Shown here: positions 9,576-19,973 of the stretch, piece after piece
Position numbering within the stretch: position 1 is the first letter of the stretch
Layout: each line of letters begins with the position of its first letter
Assembly (NCBI GenBank): GCA_044376115.1
Contig: JBILLK010000013.1
Span: forward strand, 1 to 64,000
Direction: 5' to 3'
DNA from: Polyangiaceae bacterium
GTDB lineage: Bacteria > Myxococcota_A > Polyangia > Polyangiales > Polyangiaceae
Length of the DNA: 64,000 nt
The notes under the pieces: generated by a model
Seen by the model: only the letters and a program-made list of their open reading frames with translations
Told to the model about the DNA's origin: nothing
Databases searched by the model: none
Program-made: the position numbers and the translations under genes

Positions 9576-11576
9576 TCAGAACGGGCCAACGTTGATCTTG
9601 AGGCGGCTGCGGTCGGCAAAGCCGACCGGAAGCTCAGCGCCCCAAACGGCCTCGGTCATACATGTGCGGCGAGCGACTGCAGCCGCATCATCGCTCGTGG
9701 CCACCGTCACCTCGACGATCTCCCGCCAGGTGGACTCGACCGTCACGGAGGTGATGCCACCACCACAACCATCGGCCAGCGGCTTGAGCAACGTGGTCAG
9801 GGCGTCCTTCGCGTCAAAAAACAGGGCGGGCGGCTTGGTGCGGTGACTCCCGCCCAAGCGGCCCGAGCCGCTCCCGAACCCGATGCCTGTGTCCTCGAGG
9901 CCCTCCGTTGAGGGCCGCACCCCCGGCTCGATCGCGAGGTAGCTGGTGACTGGCGAGACGGCACCACCGAAGGTCGCGAGCTTCATCATCTGCTCATCGC
10001 TGAGGGACCAATGCAGCTCATTGCCGAACGCGAGCGCCGCCTCGCGCCGCCCAAAGCCAGCATCGGGGGTGATCTCCTTCGCGATCGGCGTGGACCAACG
10101 TTCGGCGGAGAGGCTTAGTTTGTCGAACGAGGTCGCGCCGATCTCTCGCCAATCGAAGGACTCGCCCTCGAGCAACTCCAGCGGAGCCGTGTCGAGTACG
10201 GTCGTTCCGGAGCGGACCACGAGCTTGTGCAGTCGCGTCGGACGAACCAGCTCCTCGAAGGTGCGCTTGGTCTCGTTCGCGTCCTCGTTGGGACCCGCGC
10301 TGCCGCTGAAGTAGAGACCGCCGGTCGCCCGCGGCACCACCGACCATGGGCTCTCCTCCTCCGGGCTCAACGACAAACCGAAGCCCGACAACGAAACCAG
10401 GTGAAGCACGCCGCCGCGAGGCGTTGCCTTCGCTGCGACCTCCGGCGTCAGCGTCTCGCGCGTGACCAAGTCGGTGAACAGGATCACCCGCCGCGCTGCA
10501 TCCACCGGCGCTGTGGCGAGCAAGCTCTGCGCGTGCCGCATCGCGACCTCGACCTCGCTGCCATTGCCGCGGGCGAGGCCCTGCTGATCGAGGGCGAGCT
10601 GCGCATCAGCGACCGACACAAAGCCGTCGGTCAACGGGACCGCGGTGCGATTGAAGCTCGCTACGTGCACCTTCACGTCGGCCGACTCAAAGTGACTGAG
10701 CGCGGCCTTCGCTGCGGTGCGATAAGCCGATAGCTCATCATCGTCGATCGAGCGGCTAGTATCGAGCAGGAGCACGATGCGGGCCTTCTCCGGCAGCGTG
10801 GAGATCTGCTTGGCGGCGCTCACGCGATACGCCGCCAGCGTCAGCTCGTCATCCACCGGCACCTTCGCCAACAGGCCCGACCAAACCGGTACGGCGCGCG
10901 GCTCGAGCGCGATTACCCGCGGCGCCGAGAGGTCTGTCTTTACCGCCTCCTCGCCGTCGATCAAAAGCTTGCCGAGCGAACTCTGCACGACGACGTCGGG
11001 GGTGACCTCACCGGTACCAAGCTCCGGCAAGCTCAACACCGACTGCCCTTTGGTCCACTTGGTCGGGAGCGTCAGCGTGTATTCGACCGTCTTTTCCTGG
11101 TTGGCGAGACACGGGAACACCTGCAGGGCGAGGGTGCCTTGATTACGCCAAGAGAGCAGCGCCGGGTCTTTCGGGAAATAGCCGCCAACACCGGTCAGCT
11201 CGCGGTACTTCTCCGCCGCTGCTTCGGCCTCCATCAACTCGCCTGTGTACCAAGTCGGCTGGCCGTCGGTGTAGGCGAGTGTTCGCAGCCCGGTGGCTGC
11301 AGCACCGCCCGGCAGATTGAGGAAGAAGGTCGCCTGATCCGAGATGTCTCCGCCATTCCACACCGTGCGCCGTACGCGCATCGTCGCGTGGTCCGCGTGC
11401 ATGGTGACCACCACCTCATGCCGCTTCTCGACCAACGCCTCTGAGCGCGTCCAAACGAAGGAATCAGCACGCGCAGCGAGCGGCGCGGTGAGGGCGAGCA
11501 GGGGCAGCAGGGCGGGTCGTAGGCGCACGGGGCAAGGACACGCGATGGGTCGTGAGGTTCCCGCAAATTGTCGCAA
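9576..11576 (-). CDS. Secreted VIT + vWA domain protein
   Basis: VIT-like N-terminus (AEAAAEKYREL..KDPALLSW), MIDAS LLLDTSRS, VILFTD and VSPVTSYLAIEP. The start codon is uncertain. Confidence 0.75.
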   Translation of the reverse strand: MRQFAGTSRPIACPCPVRLRPALLPLLALTAPLAARADSFVWTRSEALVEKRHEVVVTMHADHATMRVRRTVWNGGDISDQATFFLNLPGGAAATGLRTLAYTDGQPTWYTGELMEAEAAAEKYRELTGVGGYFPKDPALLSWRNQGTLALQVFPCLANQEKTVEYTLTLPTKWTKGQSVLSLPELGTGEVTPDVVVQSSLGKLLIDGEEAVKTDLSAPRVIALEPRAVPVWSGLLAKVPVDDELTLAAYRVSAAKQISTLPEKARIVLLLDTSRSIDDDELSAYRTAAKAALSHFESADVKVHVASFNRTAVPLTDGFVSVADAQLALDQQGLARGNGSEVEVAMRHAQSLLATAPVDAARRVILFTDLVTRETLTPEVAAKATPRGGVLHLVSLSGFGLSLSPEEESPWSVVPRATGGLYFSGSAGPNEDANETKRTFEELVRPTRLHKLVVRSGTTVLDTAPLELLEGESFDWREIGATSFDKLSLSAERWSTPIAKEITPDAGFGRREAALAFGNELHWSLSDEQMMKLATFGGAVSPVTSYLAIEPGVRPSTEGLEDTGIGFGSGSGRLGGSHRTKPPALFFDAKDALTTLLKPLADGCGGGITSVTVESTWREIVEVTVATSDDAAAVARRTCMTEAVWGAELPVGFADRSRLKINVGPF

Positions 11577-12452
11577 TCATCGAAATGGCTGGTGACGCGC
11601 ACGCCGGTTCCCGGAGACGTCGGTAGGGGCTACGGTCGAGGCGTGGGATCGAAGGTGGCGCTGCGATTGAAGAGAGGCGCAAGCGCACTGACGTTGGCTG
11701 CCATGAGCGGCCTCGTCGGCTGCGGGCCCATCCTCTACCCAGCGCCGACAGGCCAAGTACCGATCGCGCCGCCAGCGCAGCTGTTACGGCTCGCAGCGAG
11801 GGATACGAGCGCCGTAGCGTTGTGGGCCCCGCCGGCGGCGGGGAAAGGCGTCGTCGTCTTCTTTCATGGCAACGCCACCGATCTTGCGGGCATGACCTGG
11901 TTCGCGGCCGCACTGATGAATCAGGGCTATGGGGTGATGTTGGTTGAATACCCCGGCTACGGCGTCGCCCCCGGTTCGCCCAGCGAGAGTGCGATCTATG
12001 CGTCGGCGGCGCTTGCGCTCGATGAGCTTGCGCAGCTCGGGGTTGCACAGTCGCGCGTCGTGCTTGCTGGCCAGAGCCTGGGCTCCGGCGTAGCCGCCGA
12101 GATGGCCCAGCGTGGCTACGGCGCGCGTTTACTGCTTATTTCGCCCTTTACCTCGATACCCGACCTCGTCGACGGCATCGTCCCGTTCGGGCTTGGCGGG
12201 CTGTTTGCGACCGACCGCTTTGACACGCTGAGCAAGGCCACCTCGCTGAAGCTGCCCACCGTGATCGCGCAAGGCGACGAGGATTGGCTGGTACCGCTCG
12301 AGATGGCGCAGGAGGTTGCAGACAAGCTGCCCAACGCTCGCATGGTGGTATTCGAAGGGGGCGGTCACAACGACCTGTTCGAGCGAGAAGACGGCGCGCT
12401 AATGCAATTGATCTATCGTTTAGCGGACTCTGTTGCGGTGCCGCCTCAATAG
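11568..12452 (+). CDS. Alpha/beta hydrolase (ABHD13/17-like)
   Basis: FFHGNA, EYPGYG..PGSPSE, nucleophile GQSLG, GDED and GGHNDL. The real start is probably further downstream. Confidence 0.9.
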   Translation: MSQSSKWLVTRTPVPGDVGRGYGRGVGSKVALRLKRGASALTLAAMSGLVGCGPILYPAPTGQVPIAPPAQLLRLAARDTSAVALWAPPAAGKGVVVFFHGNATDLAGMTWFAAALMNQGYGVMLVEYPGYGVAPGSPSESAIYASAALALDELAQLGVAQSRVVLAGQSLGSGVAAEMAQRGYGARLLLISPFTSIPDLVDGIVPFGLGGLFATDRFDTLSKATSLKLPTVIAQGDEDWLVPLEMAQEVADKLPNARMVVFEGGGHNDLFEREDGALMQLIYRLADSVAVPPQ

Positions 12453-12524
12453 CTATCTACGAGGCGGCTTGCGGCGAGCCAGCACTAAAGATCGAGCCAC
12501 CATCACCCGCGAGGCGCCCGCGCA

Positions 12525-13079
12525 CTAGAGGATCGACACCTCTTTCTCGAGGCTCGCGACGGTGGTGGGGAGCGAGCCGTCGCCCTCCCCGCCCTCAACT
12601 GGGTTGCACGAGTTGCCGCCCTCGGCACAGCGTTGGAGTTCGATCAGCAGCGTCCCGCTCACCGGCTGATCGTCGTCGAGCGTGATGGTCAAGCCGCTCA
12701 TCTCCGCCCATTCGCCACCGCTACAGTTCGGACCGCTCCACACCCTGTCCGCCAGGACACTGCCGTCCACGACCAGCTGAGCGCGGTAGAAGTCTCCACT
12801 CTGCGCCTGGGACGAACGCACCGAGAAGCTGAAATGCTGCCCCCCCTGAGGTCCGTACTCCAAGGTGAACGAGACGGTGTTCTCGTCGGCTGCCTCGAAA
12901 GGCAAGGGCTCATACTCCTCGTCCATCTCGTACTTGCCCAAAAGCAACGTCGCGGACTCGCTCTCTCCGGCGGCGATGCAGTTCTCGTCACTCGGTGCCG
13001 CTGGCAGCGGCGCGGGCGGATCGCACGCAGTAGAGAGTAGCATTGGACCCAAAGCCGTAAGCGTCGACAACAAGCGCAT
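12525..13079 (-). CDS. Hypothetical lipoprotein
   Basis: Signal peptide ending STAC, with a YGPQGGQH motif typical of myxobacterial lipoproteins. Confidence 0.65.
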   Translation of the reverse strand: MRLLSTLTALGPMLLSTACDPPAPLPAAPSDENCIAAGESESATLLLGKYEMDEEYEPLPFEAADENTVSFTLEYGPQGGQHFSFSVRSSQAQSGDFYRAQLVVDGSVLADRVWSGPNCSGGEWAEMSGLTITLDDDQPVSGTLLIELQRCAEGGNSCNPVEGGEGDGSLPTTVASLEKEVSIL

Positions 13080-13285
13080 AGTCCGCCATGAGCAGGTTCT
13101 GTGCCGCACTTGGCTTTGCACGCCCTACGAGCGCTGACGGAGCATTTGCCTCTGAGCGGCGCGTTGCCCCTGACAACCGTGTCAGGACCGTCCCAGTGAA
13201 GCGCCTCGCGGCTAGCGGGTGGCACACTCAGGCTGCCGTTCTTGCGGCGTCTGGGAGGTGGTGGCTTTCTCGAGCACGGGCGTGC

Positions 13286-13735
13286 TCACGTCGGGCCGCC
13301 GGTGCCATCGGCGGCGATCTTGTAGGAGAGCTCGCCCATCTGGCTGCCAAGACCGCGCTCGGTGCGCCAGCGCAGCCGCACGATCTGCTGCTCGATCGCG
13401 GCGGCCTCGGAGCCGGCGTTGACCGGGTTGAGCTTGCCGATCGATTCGAACTGCACGCCCTCGGCCGACTTCACCACCACCCAGCGGTAGGACAGGATGT
13501 ACTTGTTGGGACCGTCGTCGAAGGTGCGCCAGATCAACTTGAGATCAGCGCCCTGGACCGTCGCCGTGAGTTCGCGTTGCGTCGCTGCATCGTCTTTGGG
13601 CGCCTTGGCACGAACGTCCGGCTTCAAATCTGCGCGCACGTCGACATCAGCGCCGACAGGTCCCACCGGCGTTGTCTCACCGCGGTTGCAAGCGAGCAGA
13701 AAGACGAGGCAAACCGCGAGTGACAATCGCTTCAT
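13286..13735 (-). CDS. Hypothetical lipoprotein
   Basis: MKRLSLAVCLVFLLAC lipobox in a 149-aa ORF. Confidence 0.75.
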   Translation of the reverse strand: MKRLSLAVCLVFLLACNRGETTPVGPVGADVDVRADLKPDVRAKAPKDDAATQRELTATVQGADLKLIWRTFDDGPNKYILSYRWVVVKSAEGVQFESIGKLNPVNAGSEAAAIEQQIVRLRWRTERGLGSQMGELSYKIAADGTGGPT

Positions 13736-13801
13736 CGGCGCAGTCTACACAGCTGAGAGCGTTATCACCCGCTCAAGCTGCAGCGAGCTATGCTCGCCCG
13801 C

Positions 13802-16540
13802 ATGAGCACCAGCGCAGCCCATCTCGACGTGAAGCTCGACGCAGCTTTGAAGCGTGTTCGCACGGTCCTCGACAACACGCGGCAACCGCTCTACCCGGCC
13901 GATGTTCCGCACGCATACGACGACAAGTACGAGCTGGCGCAGTTCCTGGTCCGCGGCGGCGTCGCGGCGGTGCTCGAGTGTTTGACGGCGCTCGGGCTCG
14001 ATGCGGAGGGGCTCGCGACGCTGCGTACCTGGGCGCAAACACGCTCGGTGACCGTCAGTCTGCGCGCCGAAGAGACCTGCACCTTCTCGCGCGAAGAGTC
14101 GCGCAAGGAGGAATCGAAGCACGCGCACGTGACCGAGGTCACTTCCTCCAGCGGCAGCAAGACCACCGTCACCGATTCGGTCGTGACCACGGTGACTGAG
14201 TACTTCTGGGCCTTCGGCTTCAAGTATGAGCTCGTCGCCTACCAAGGCACCGCGTTGTCTCCCGCGGTCAGCCTGCTTGCACGCGAGGCCAGCGTCGAAC
14301 TGAAGACGCTGGTCAAGACCTCGCCGCGGCCGCAGAGCGTGGTGCGCCCGCCTACCAACGGCGATCTTACCTGGCTCTTGCAACAGCTGGACACTGACGG
14401 TCGCGTCGCCTTCAGTATCGATCGTACGGCCGCGTCCTGCCACACGCCGCGACGCAACCGCGAGGTCGAAGCAGCCCTGGTTGCAACCGCCGATCTCAAC
14501 AGCTGGAGCCGCCGCGTCGCCTCCTACTTCGTCTCTGAGCTGTTTCCGTCGCAGTGCCTCGAGGGCTTGGATCTCGGCGCGCTGCGCGACGATCAGGTGT
14601 TCGTCCCGGTGCTGCCAGTGTTCGAGAGCAACCTGCAAAACGATGGCCTGCTCCCGGCCGAATATCTGCAGGCTTTTCTGGCCGAGCAAAAGCGAAGTCT
14701 GCAGGAGAAGCGAGATGAGCTCGCGCGCGTGTTCCCCGCCGAGGCGGCGATCTCTCCGATCGAGGCGCGCCTGATCGTGACGCTGTTGCACGCCGGGCGC
14801 GTGTGCGGCGCGGTTTGGCAGGGGCTCGACTACGTCGAAGGGCTGCTGCGTCAGCAGCTGGTCGCAGCCATCGGCAAGGAGCTCACGCCGGCCGATTTCA
14901 GCGCCTATATGGATTTCCACTACCGCAAGCTGGTCAAGCCGGAGTTCCAACCCAAGCCGTTCTCGTACGCAGTTCGTCGTCAGGATCATTCTCCGGAGGG
15001 CGTGCTTAGCCTGGAGGTTACACAAGCAGACGGCGGCCTTTCGGAGTCGATCCTCACCAGCGTCGCCAGCAGCGTTGCCTCGCGCCCGATGCAGTTCGCA
15101 ATCGACGCCTCCACGCGGGTGAAGTTCCTCGGTGAGCGCCACTTGCATGCCTGGGTCGCGCATCGTTTCTCGGGCTCGGCCGAGCTTTCGCTGCGGCTCG
15201 TGGCTCGCGCGCGTCAATTCAGCAGCTTCATCCTGCTGGTCGGTCGCATCGCCTCGGCGGACAGCTTCGAGCCCAAAGCCGCGATCATCGTGCAGAACAA
15301 GGATCTCTTGAAGATCCCGCTCTTGCTCGAACAAATCCCGACGCCCAAAGAGTTCCGCGACGCCATCGAGTCGCTCTCACCGGAGCAACAACGGTTCGCC
15401 AAAGCCGTGCGCGCGATGCAGCTGGAGAGCACGCTGTTCGGTGTAGCGGTGATTCAGATCAAGCCGCAGCTCGAGAAGCTGCTCAACCTGCCGAGCGACA
15501 GTTTGACCAAGGAGATCAAGCTGACCCAGGAGCTGCTCAACCTTTTCATCGAGTACCAAATCCCGAGCGATCTACTTTCTTACGATGGTCCGGAAGAGGC
15601 CACCGCGGCGGAGAAGCTCGGCTGTGTTCGAGAGTACGCCTCGCGTATGGACGAGATGATCAGCCTGGCCAAGAGCCGCGCGATCGAAGAGGCAGACGAG
15701 CGTCGAGACTACGAGGGCGAGACCAACCGTCCGCCGCCGTCGTACGGCGCTATGCGCACGCGCTCGATGGAGCTGGGCATGGCAGGATATGCGCCGCCTC
15801 CTCCGCCGATGATGGCAGCGGCACCGATGATGATGGGGATGGCGGCGCCTGCTGGCGCGCCTGCGCCTGGTTATCCGCAACCGCCCCGGTCTCCCTCGCC
15901 GGAACGGAAGGAGCGCTCCGCTTCGACGTCCAAGGCGATGCCGAGCCCCCAGGCGAAGCCGGTCGCCCAAGCGACCGCGGTGGCCGCGCCCCAGACGCCG
16001 ACGCCTTCACCGCGCCCGACGGCCAGCGCCGGCGCGCCTTCTACGGCCGGCGCCGCAGAGAGCGGCCCGATCGTCGATTACACCGCCATTCCCCGGGAGC
16101 TCGACCGCAAGCTGGACCTGCTCGACCAAGACAGCACCCTGCGCCCGACCATCCTCAACCTCGGTAAGACCTGGTCGCGTGAGGCGCGCGAAAGCCTGCT
16201 CTCGGAGGCCGTCGAAGCGAGCCTGAGCAGCAAGCAACAAGAGACAGAACGCAACAAAGCCTTCGACCTGCTCGACGCTTTGTCAAAGTCGGGCGCGCTG
16301 ATGATCGACGACGCGAGCCTGCACGTGGTGATCGCGGCAACCCACAGCTTCGACAAAACGCTGCTCGAGACGGTGATCCAACAGAACGTCAACCCGGTCG
16401 AAAAGGTCGAACGTTCGCTGATGATCCTCGCCTCGACCATCCATCGCCAACCGGTCGCCGACTTGCTCGCCGACGAGCAGAAAGAGCGCTTCGCGACCTA
16501 CAGCCCGAAGCTGCTACCGCCGGCGAGCGACGAGAGCTGA
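13802..16540 (+). CDS. Large hypothetical cytoplasmic protein (~912 aa) with Pro/Ala/Met low-complexity insert
   Basis: Long ORF with strong GC3 bias, globular segments either side of a PPPPPMMAAAPMMM linker, and no recognisable catalytic motif. Confidence 0.85.
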   Translation: MSTSAAHLDVKLDAALKRVRTVLDNTRQPLYPADVPHAYDDKYELAQFLVRGGVAAVLECLTALGLDAEGLATLRTWAQTRSVTVSLRAEETCTFSREESRKEESKHAHVTEVTSSSGSKTTVTDSVVTTVTEYFWAFGFKYELVAYQGTALSPAVSLLAREASVELKTLVKTSPRPQSVVRPPTNGDLTWLLQQLDTDGRVAFSIDRTAASCHTPRRNREVEAALVATADLNSWSRRVASYFVSELFPSQCLEGLDLGALRDDQVFVPVLPVFESNLQNDGLLPAEYLQAFLAEQKRSLQEKRDELARVFPAEAAISPIEARLIVTLLHAGRVCGAVWQGLDYVEGLLRQQLVAAIGKELTPADFSAYMDFHYRKLVKPEFQPKPFSYAVRRQDHSPEGVLSLEVTQADGGLSESILTSVASSVASRPMQFAIDASTRVKFLGERHLHAWVAHRFSGSAELSLRLVARARQFSSFILLVGRIASADSFEPKAAIIVQNKDLLKIPLLLEQIPTPKEFRDAIESLSPEQQRFAKAVRAMQLESTLFGVAVIQIKPQLEKLLNLPSDSLTKEIKLTQELLNLFIEYQIPSDLLSYDGPEEATAAEKLGCVREYASRMDEMISLAKSRAIEEADERRDYEGETNRPPPSYGAMRTRSMELGMAGYAPPPPPMMAAAPMMMGMAAPAGAPAPGYPQPPRSPSPERKERSASTSKAMPSPQAKPVAQATAVAAPQTPTPSPRPTASAGAPSTAGAAESGPIVDYTAIPRELDRKLDLLDQDSTLRPTILNLGKTWSREARESLLSEAVEASLSSKQQETERNKAFDLLDALSKSGALMIDDASLHVVIAATHSFDKTLLETVIQQNVNPVEKVERSLMILASTIHRQPVADLLADEQKERFATYSPKLLPPASDES

Positions 16541-16605
16541 GGCGCTCAAAGTCGCGCTAGACTGGAATTGGAGCTGGGCGAGCGCGCTGAAGCAGCGCTG
16601 AACGC

Positions 16606-17271
16606 TCAGCGCCCCAGCTGCGCCTTGGCTGGCCGCTGCCTCGCGTACTCGAGCAGCGCCATGCAGATGCACGCCCAGGCGCCGCCCGCGGCGAGGCCGG
16701 CCACCACATCCGACAGATAGTGAACGCCGAGGTACATGCGACTAAAGCCCATGATCAGCGTCCAACTGACCGCCAAGCCAACCGTCGCGCGGCGCCAGAT
16801 CCGGCGCGACGGCGCTAAGCGAAACGCCGCATAGGCGAGCATGGTCACCGCCACCATCGTCCCCATCGAGTGGCCGCTGGGAAAGCTGAAGCCGGAGGCG
16901 GTGATGATGGGATCGACGAAGCTCGGGCGTTCGCGAGCGAAGCCGCGCTTGAGCAGGCCGTTGAGCACCGCCGTGCCGATCATCGAGAGCACCCAGCCGA
17001 GCGCGAGCCCGTGTGCGCGTGCGCGCAGCAAGACCGCAGCGCCGATCACAGCGAGCGCGGTGAGCGCGGTGAACTCGCCGAAGAAGGTCACGAACTTCAA
17101 CGTCGACACGCCCCACGGCACCGCCGACGCGTGCAGGCTCTCGGCGACGCGCTGATCCAGCGCTACCAGCGGCCCACCGCTGTGGACCTGCCAAGCGAGC
17201 CCAGCGAAAAGAGCGAGGCACAAGGCGAAGATCCAAGCGATCGTACGATAGAAGGCGGCTCGGGTCTGCAT
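16606..17271 (-). CDS. PAP2 family membrane phosphatase
   Basis: KxxxxRxRP, SFPSGH and SRMYLGVHYLSDV motifs. Confidence 0.95.
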   Translation of the reverse strand: MQTRAAFYRTIAWIFALCLALFAGLAWQVHSGGPLVALDQRVAESLHASAVPWGVSTLKFVTFFGEFTALTALAVIGAAVLLRARAHGLALGWVLSMIGTAVLNGLLKRGFARERPSFVDPIITASGFSFPSGHSMGTMVAVTMLAYAAFRLAPSRRIWRRATVGLAVSWTLIMGFSRMYLGVHYLSDVVAGLAAGGAWACICMALLEYARQRPAKAQLGR

Positions 17272-17304
17272 CGAACGTTGGTCGGGCGTAGCACGGACGC
17301 GCGG

Positions 17305-19083
17305 TTACTCGATCCAGATCCGCCGCACGATCCACCCCTGCTTGCGCGCCTCGGCGACGACCCTTGCCACCAGTGGCCAAGCGACGTCCGGCGCCGCCGT
17401 GATCTCGAGCGTCGGACCTGCGCCGTTCTCCCGCGCGGGGAGCGCAAGCCAGAGCGCCTCCGCGGCGCCCTTCGTCGTCGTGGTGGCAGCTCCCGACGAA
17501 GGGCGTAGGGTCGCTACGAGGTCAGCACCGGAGGCCTGCAACTGCAGCGTCGGCTCTGTCGGCTTCGTGCCTTTCGCCAGCGAGCGCACACAACGCGCGA
17601 CGACCGGGGAGGCGTCGAGGACGTAGCTCGCGCGCTCGAGATCGAAGCTGCCTCGCTTGCTCGCGCTGGCGAGCGCCGCACGCTTCGGCGTGGTGTCCCG
17701 GATGAACTCGCGGAGCGCGCCATCGTTCCCGACGAGCGTCGCGAGGTCGGCCTCGGACGGGAGGCGCGCGCCTCGCTCGCACGGTGCCTTCCCTGCAGCG
17801 TCGAGCGCCGGTTGCGACTCCGGCGCCGCCCACTCGAGGCGCCCACGACGGTCGACGATGACCGCGTCGATCGGAACGTAGATGCCCAACTTGCGCATCG
17901 GGTCGGGGCAAGCGAAGGGATACCCCGCGGCGCAGGAACGCCGCTTGAGCTCGAAGAACTCGGGGCTCCCACGGAGGGTAGGCCACGCCGAAAGGCCGTC
18001 TGCGAGGTCACTGCAGGTCGATGGGCTCGGTCGCTCACAGACGGAAGCGAGCCAAGCGATGACGTCTTGCGCCTTCTGTTCACCCTGCAGCGGCAAGCTG
18101 AGCGCGAGGGTTCTGCAGTCCTTCGCGTCGCCGAGCTCGCAGCCGTGCCGGGCCAGCGCGAGCCCGCGTGCCGTGGCCGCCTGCGCGCGCGCGTCACCTC
18201 GCGCGGCCCCCGCTCCGCCAGTCGCGCCGAAGGCCTTCGCGAGCATGAGGCACCCGACCGTCGAGCCGCGCTCACACGAGCGGTCCAGTAGACCGAGCGA
18301 GTCGCTCGCCCGCATCTGCTCCGGCGTCTCGGAGCCATCAAAATCGGCGGCCTCGAGGCACGACTCCGCGTGCCCAAGCTCGCAACCGACGCGGAGGAAC
18401 CGTCGCCAACGCAGTCGCCCCGCCGGACCCTGGAGCTCCGCGACGCCCGGAGGCAGCTGGGCCGCCTGGCTGGCCAGCTCGCAGCCGTCTCGTTCCTTGG
18501 CGAGACATCGCTCCTCCGCGAGCAGGAAGCCTCGCGACGCCGCCTCCGCCGCCTTCTCCGGCGCGAAGCCCGCCCACAAAAGGCAGCCGCGTACGTCTCC
18601 GGCGTCACAGAGCTTCTCCACCACCGGCTGGGCCGCGCGTACGGCCTCGAAGCTCTCTTGAGAGGCGTTCAGGCTCGCCACTACGCACGCTGTGGAAACG
18701 CCGAGCTCGCACTGGCGCGCGACGGCGCGATCGACCCGCGCACGGTCGTTGGGCAAGCCGGGCGCCCCCGCGACGACCGGCACCAACGCCTCGCAGGCGC
18801 GCGGCTCACCATCGTCGCACGCGCGGTCGAGGATCGAGAGCGTCTGCGTCACGTCGGCCGCGAGCGGATTCTCCCGCAGCAGCTCCCAAGCACGTTCGCA
18901 AGGCACACCCCCTCGGCCGGAGCACGCGCTCACACACGTTGGGACGTCGTCGCAAGGCCTCAGCGGACCAAGCTCCGTGGCTTGCGGACCGACCGACCCA
19001 GCCACGGGGCTCCGCGCGCAGCCAGCGAGCACCATGAGGGCACCGGCGACCCCGAAAGCGACCGCGCACGCTCGCGCGATCAT
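17305..19083 (-). CDS. Sel1-like/Cys-rich repeat lipoprotein with degenerate DUF1566-like and ExbD-like C-terminal segments
   Basis: Lipobox LAGC and repeated ACDxGxxxxC. IVDRRGRLEW...RLPSEADL and ITAAPDVAWPLVARVVAEARKQG follow. ATGA overlap with the upstream gene. Confidence 0.65.
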   Translation of the reverse strand: MIARACAVAFGVAGALMVLAGCARSPVAGSVGPQATELGPLRPCDDVPTCVSACSGRGGVPCERAWELLRENPLAADVTQTLSILDRACDDGEPRACEALVPVVAGAPGLPNDRARVDRAVARQCELGVSTACVVASLNASQESFEAVRAAQPVVEKLCDAGDVRGCLLWAGFAPEKAAEAASRGFLLAEERCLAKERDGCELASQAAQLPPGVAELQGPAGRLRWRRFLRVGCELGHAESCLEAADFDGSETPEQMRASDSLGLLDRSCERGSTVGCLMLAKAFGATGGAGAARGDARAQAATARGLALARHGCELGDAKDCRTLALSLPLQGEQKAQDVIAWLASVCERPSPSTCSDLADGLSAWPTLRGSPEFFELKRRSCAAGYPFACPDPMRKLGIYVPIDAVIVDRRGRLEWAAPESQPALDAAGKAPCERGARLPSEADLATLVGNDGALREFIRDTTPKRAALASASKRGSFDLERASYVLDASPVVARCVRSLAKGTKPTEPTLQLQASGADLVATLRPSSGAATTTTKGAAEALWLALPARENGAGPTLEITAAPDVAWPLVARVVAEARKQGWIVRRIWIE

Positions 19084-19907
19084 CGTGAGGCCCCGCAGCC
19101 CTGCTGTGCGCCGATGCAATCCGGGTCGCAGCCGCGGGGGTCGCAGCGAGTACTCCCGTAGTCGCAAACGCACGAGCCGCAACCGTCGTCGGCTGGGGTC
19201 CGCTCCTGATCGGCCAAGAACTCGTCCCCGCCAAAGGTGCGATCACACGACGGGTGGCAGAGATCGAAGCAGCTCGCGCCGAGCTGCTCGTCGCAGGTGC
19301 ACTGGTGGCACTCCGATACGAGCTGTGACTCACCGAAGGAGACGACGACCGGCTCCTGCGCGGAGTACGGGACCAAGCAGCCGTCCGTTGGACAGGGCGC
19401 CTCCGTATCGCGAACGCAGCTCCCTCCGCCCGCGTCGCAGGTGCAGACGAAGCAGCCCTCTACGCGCACCGTCTCTCCCGGCGCGGCGCGGGTACCGTCG
19501 ACGAAGACGCACACGTCCTCTTCGCAGCCAACGCGACGCGAGCAGCGCCCGCCGTAGGTCGTGCATTGGCAGATGGTGCAGCTGTCGATCACGTCCGCCC
19601 CGAGGTACGGGATGTCGTGCCCCCGCACCTGGCAGTCGCCGAACAGGCTGAACGGCGACGGACGCGAGATCATTGTGTTTGGGATCGGCGGCGGGACGGG
19701 CTCGTCGAACGGTGCGGGGATGATGGCGCCCGACGAGAGCCCACCGTTTCCACCGGCTCCGCCGAGCGCGCCGCCGGCTCCACCGCCGCCCGCAGCCGGC
19801 GCACCGCCGCTCGGGGCGCCACCGCTCGACGCGCCGGTGCCGCTCGACTCGTCGCAAGCGCACAAACACCCGACGACGAGCAGCATAGAGATGGACGTGC
19901 GCGTCAT
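19080..19907 (-). CDS. Cys-rich lipoprotein with VWC/pacifastin-like CxxCxC repeats
   Basis: Lipobox LCAC, Gly linker, and four DxCxxCxC..G..C units. Confidence 0.75.
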   Translation of the reverse strand: MTRTSISMLLVVGCLCACDESSGTGASSGGAPSGGAPAAGGGGAGGALGGAGGNGGLSSGAIIPAPFDEPVPPPIPNTMISRPSPFSLFGDCQVRGHDIPYLGADVIDSCTICQCTTYGGRCSRRVGCEEDVCVFVDGTRAAPGETVRVEGCFVCTCDAGGGSCVRDTEAPCPTDGCLVPYSAQEPVVVSFGESQLVSECHQCTCDEQLGASCFDLCHPSCDRTFGGDEFLADQERTPADDGCGSCVCDYGSTRCDPRGCDPDCIGAQQGCGASR

Positions 19908-19973
19908 GGGGCTAACGTGTCGGGGCCGAAGCGCCGAGTCAAGGCGCGTCTCTCGACGAGGACGCGGCGACCT

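Noticed and set aside
13745..15334. Long antisense ORFs (e.g. 13745-15334, 42307-44223, 5658-6716)
   Set aside because: They are antisense shadows of real genes, which is expected in high-GC DNA.
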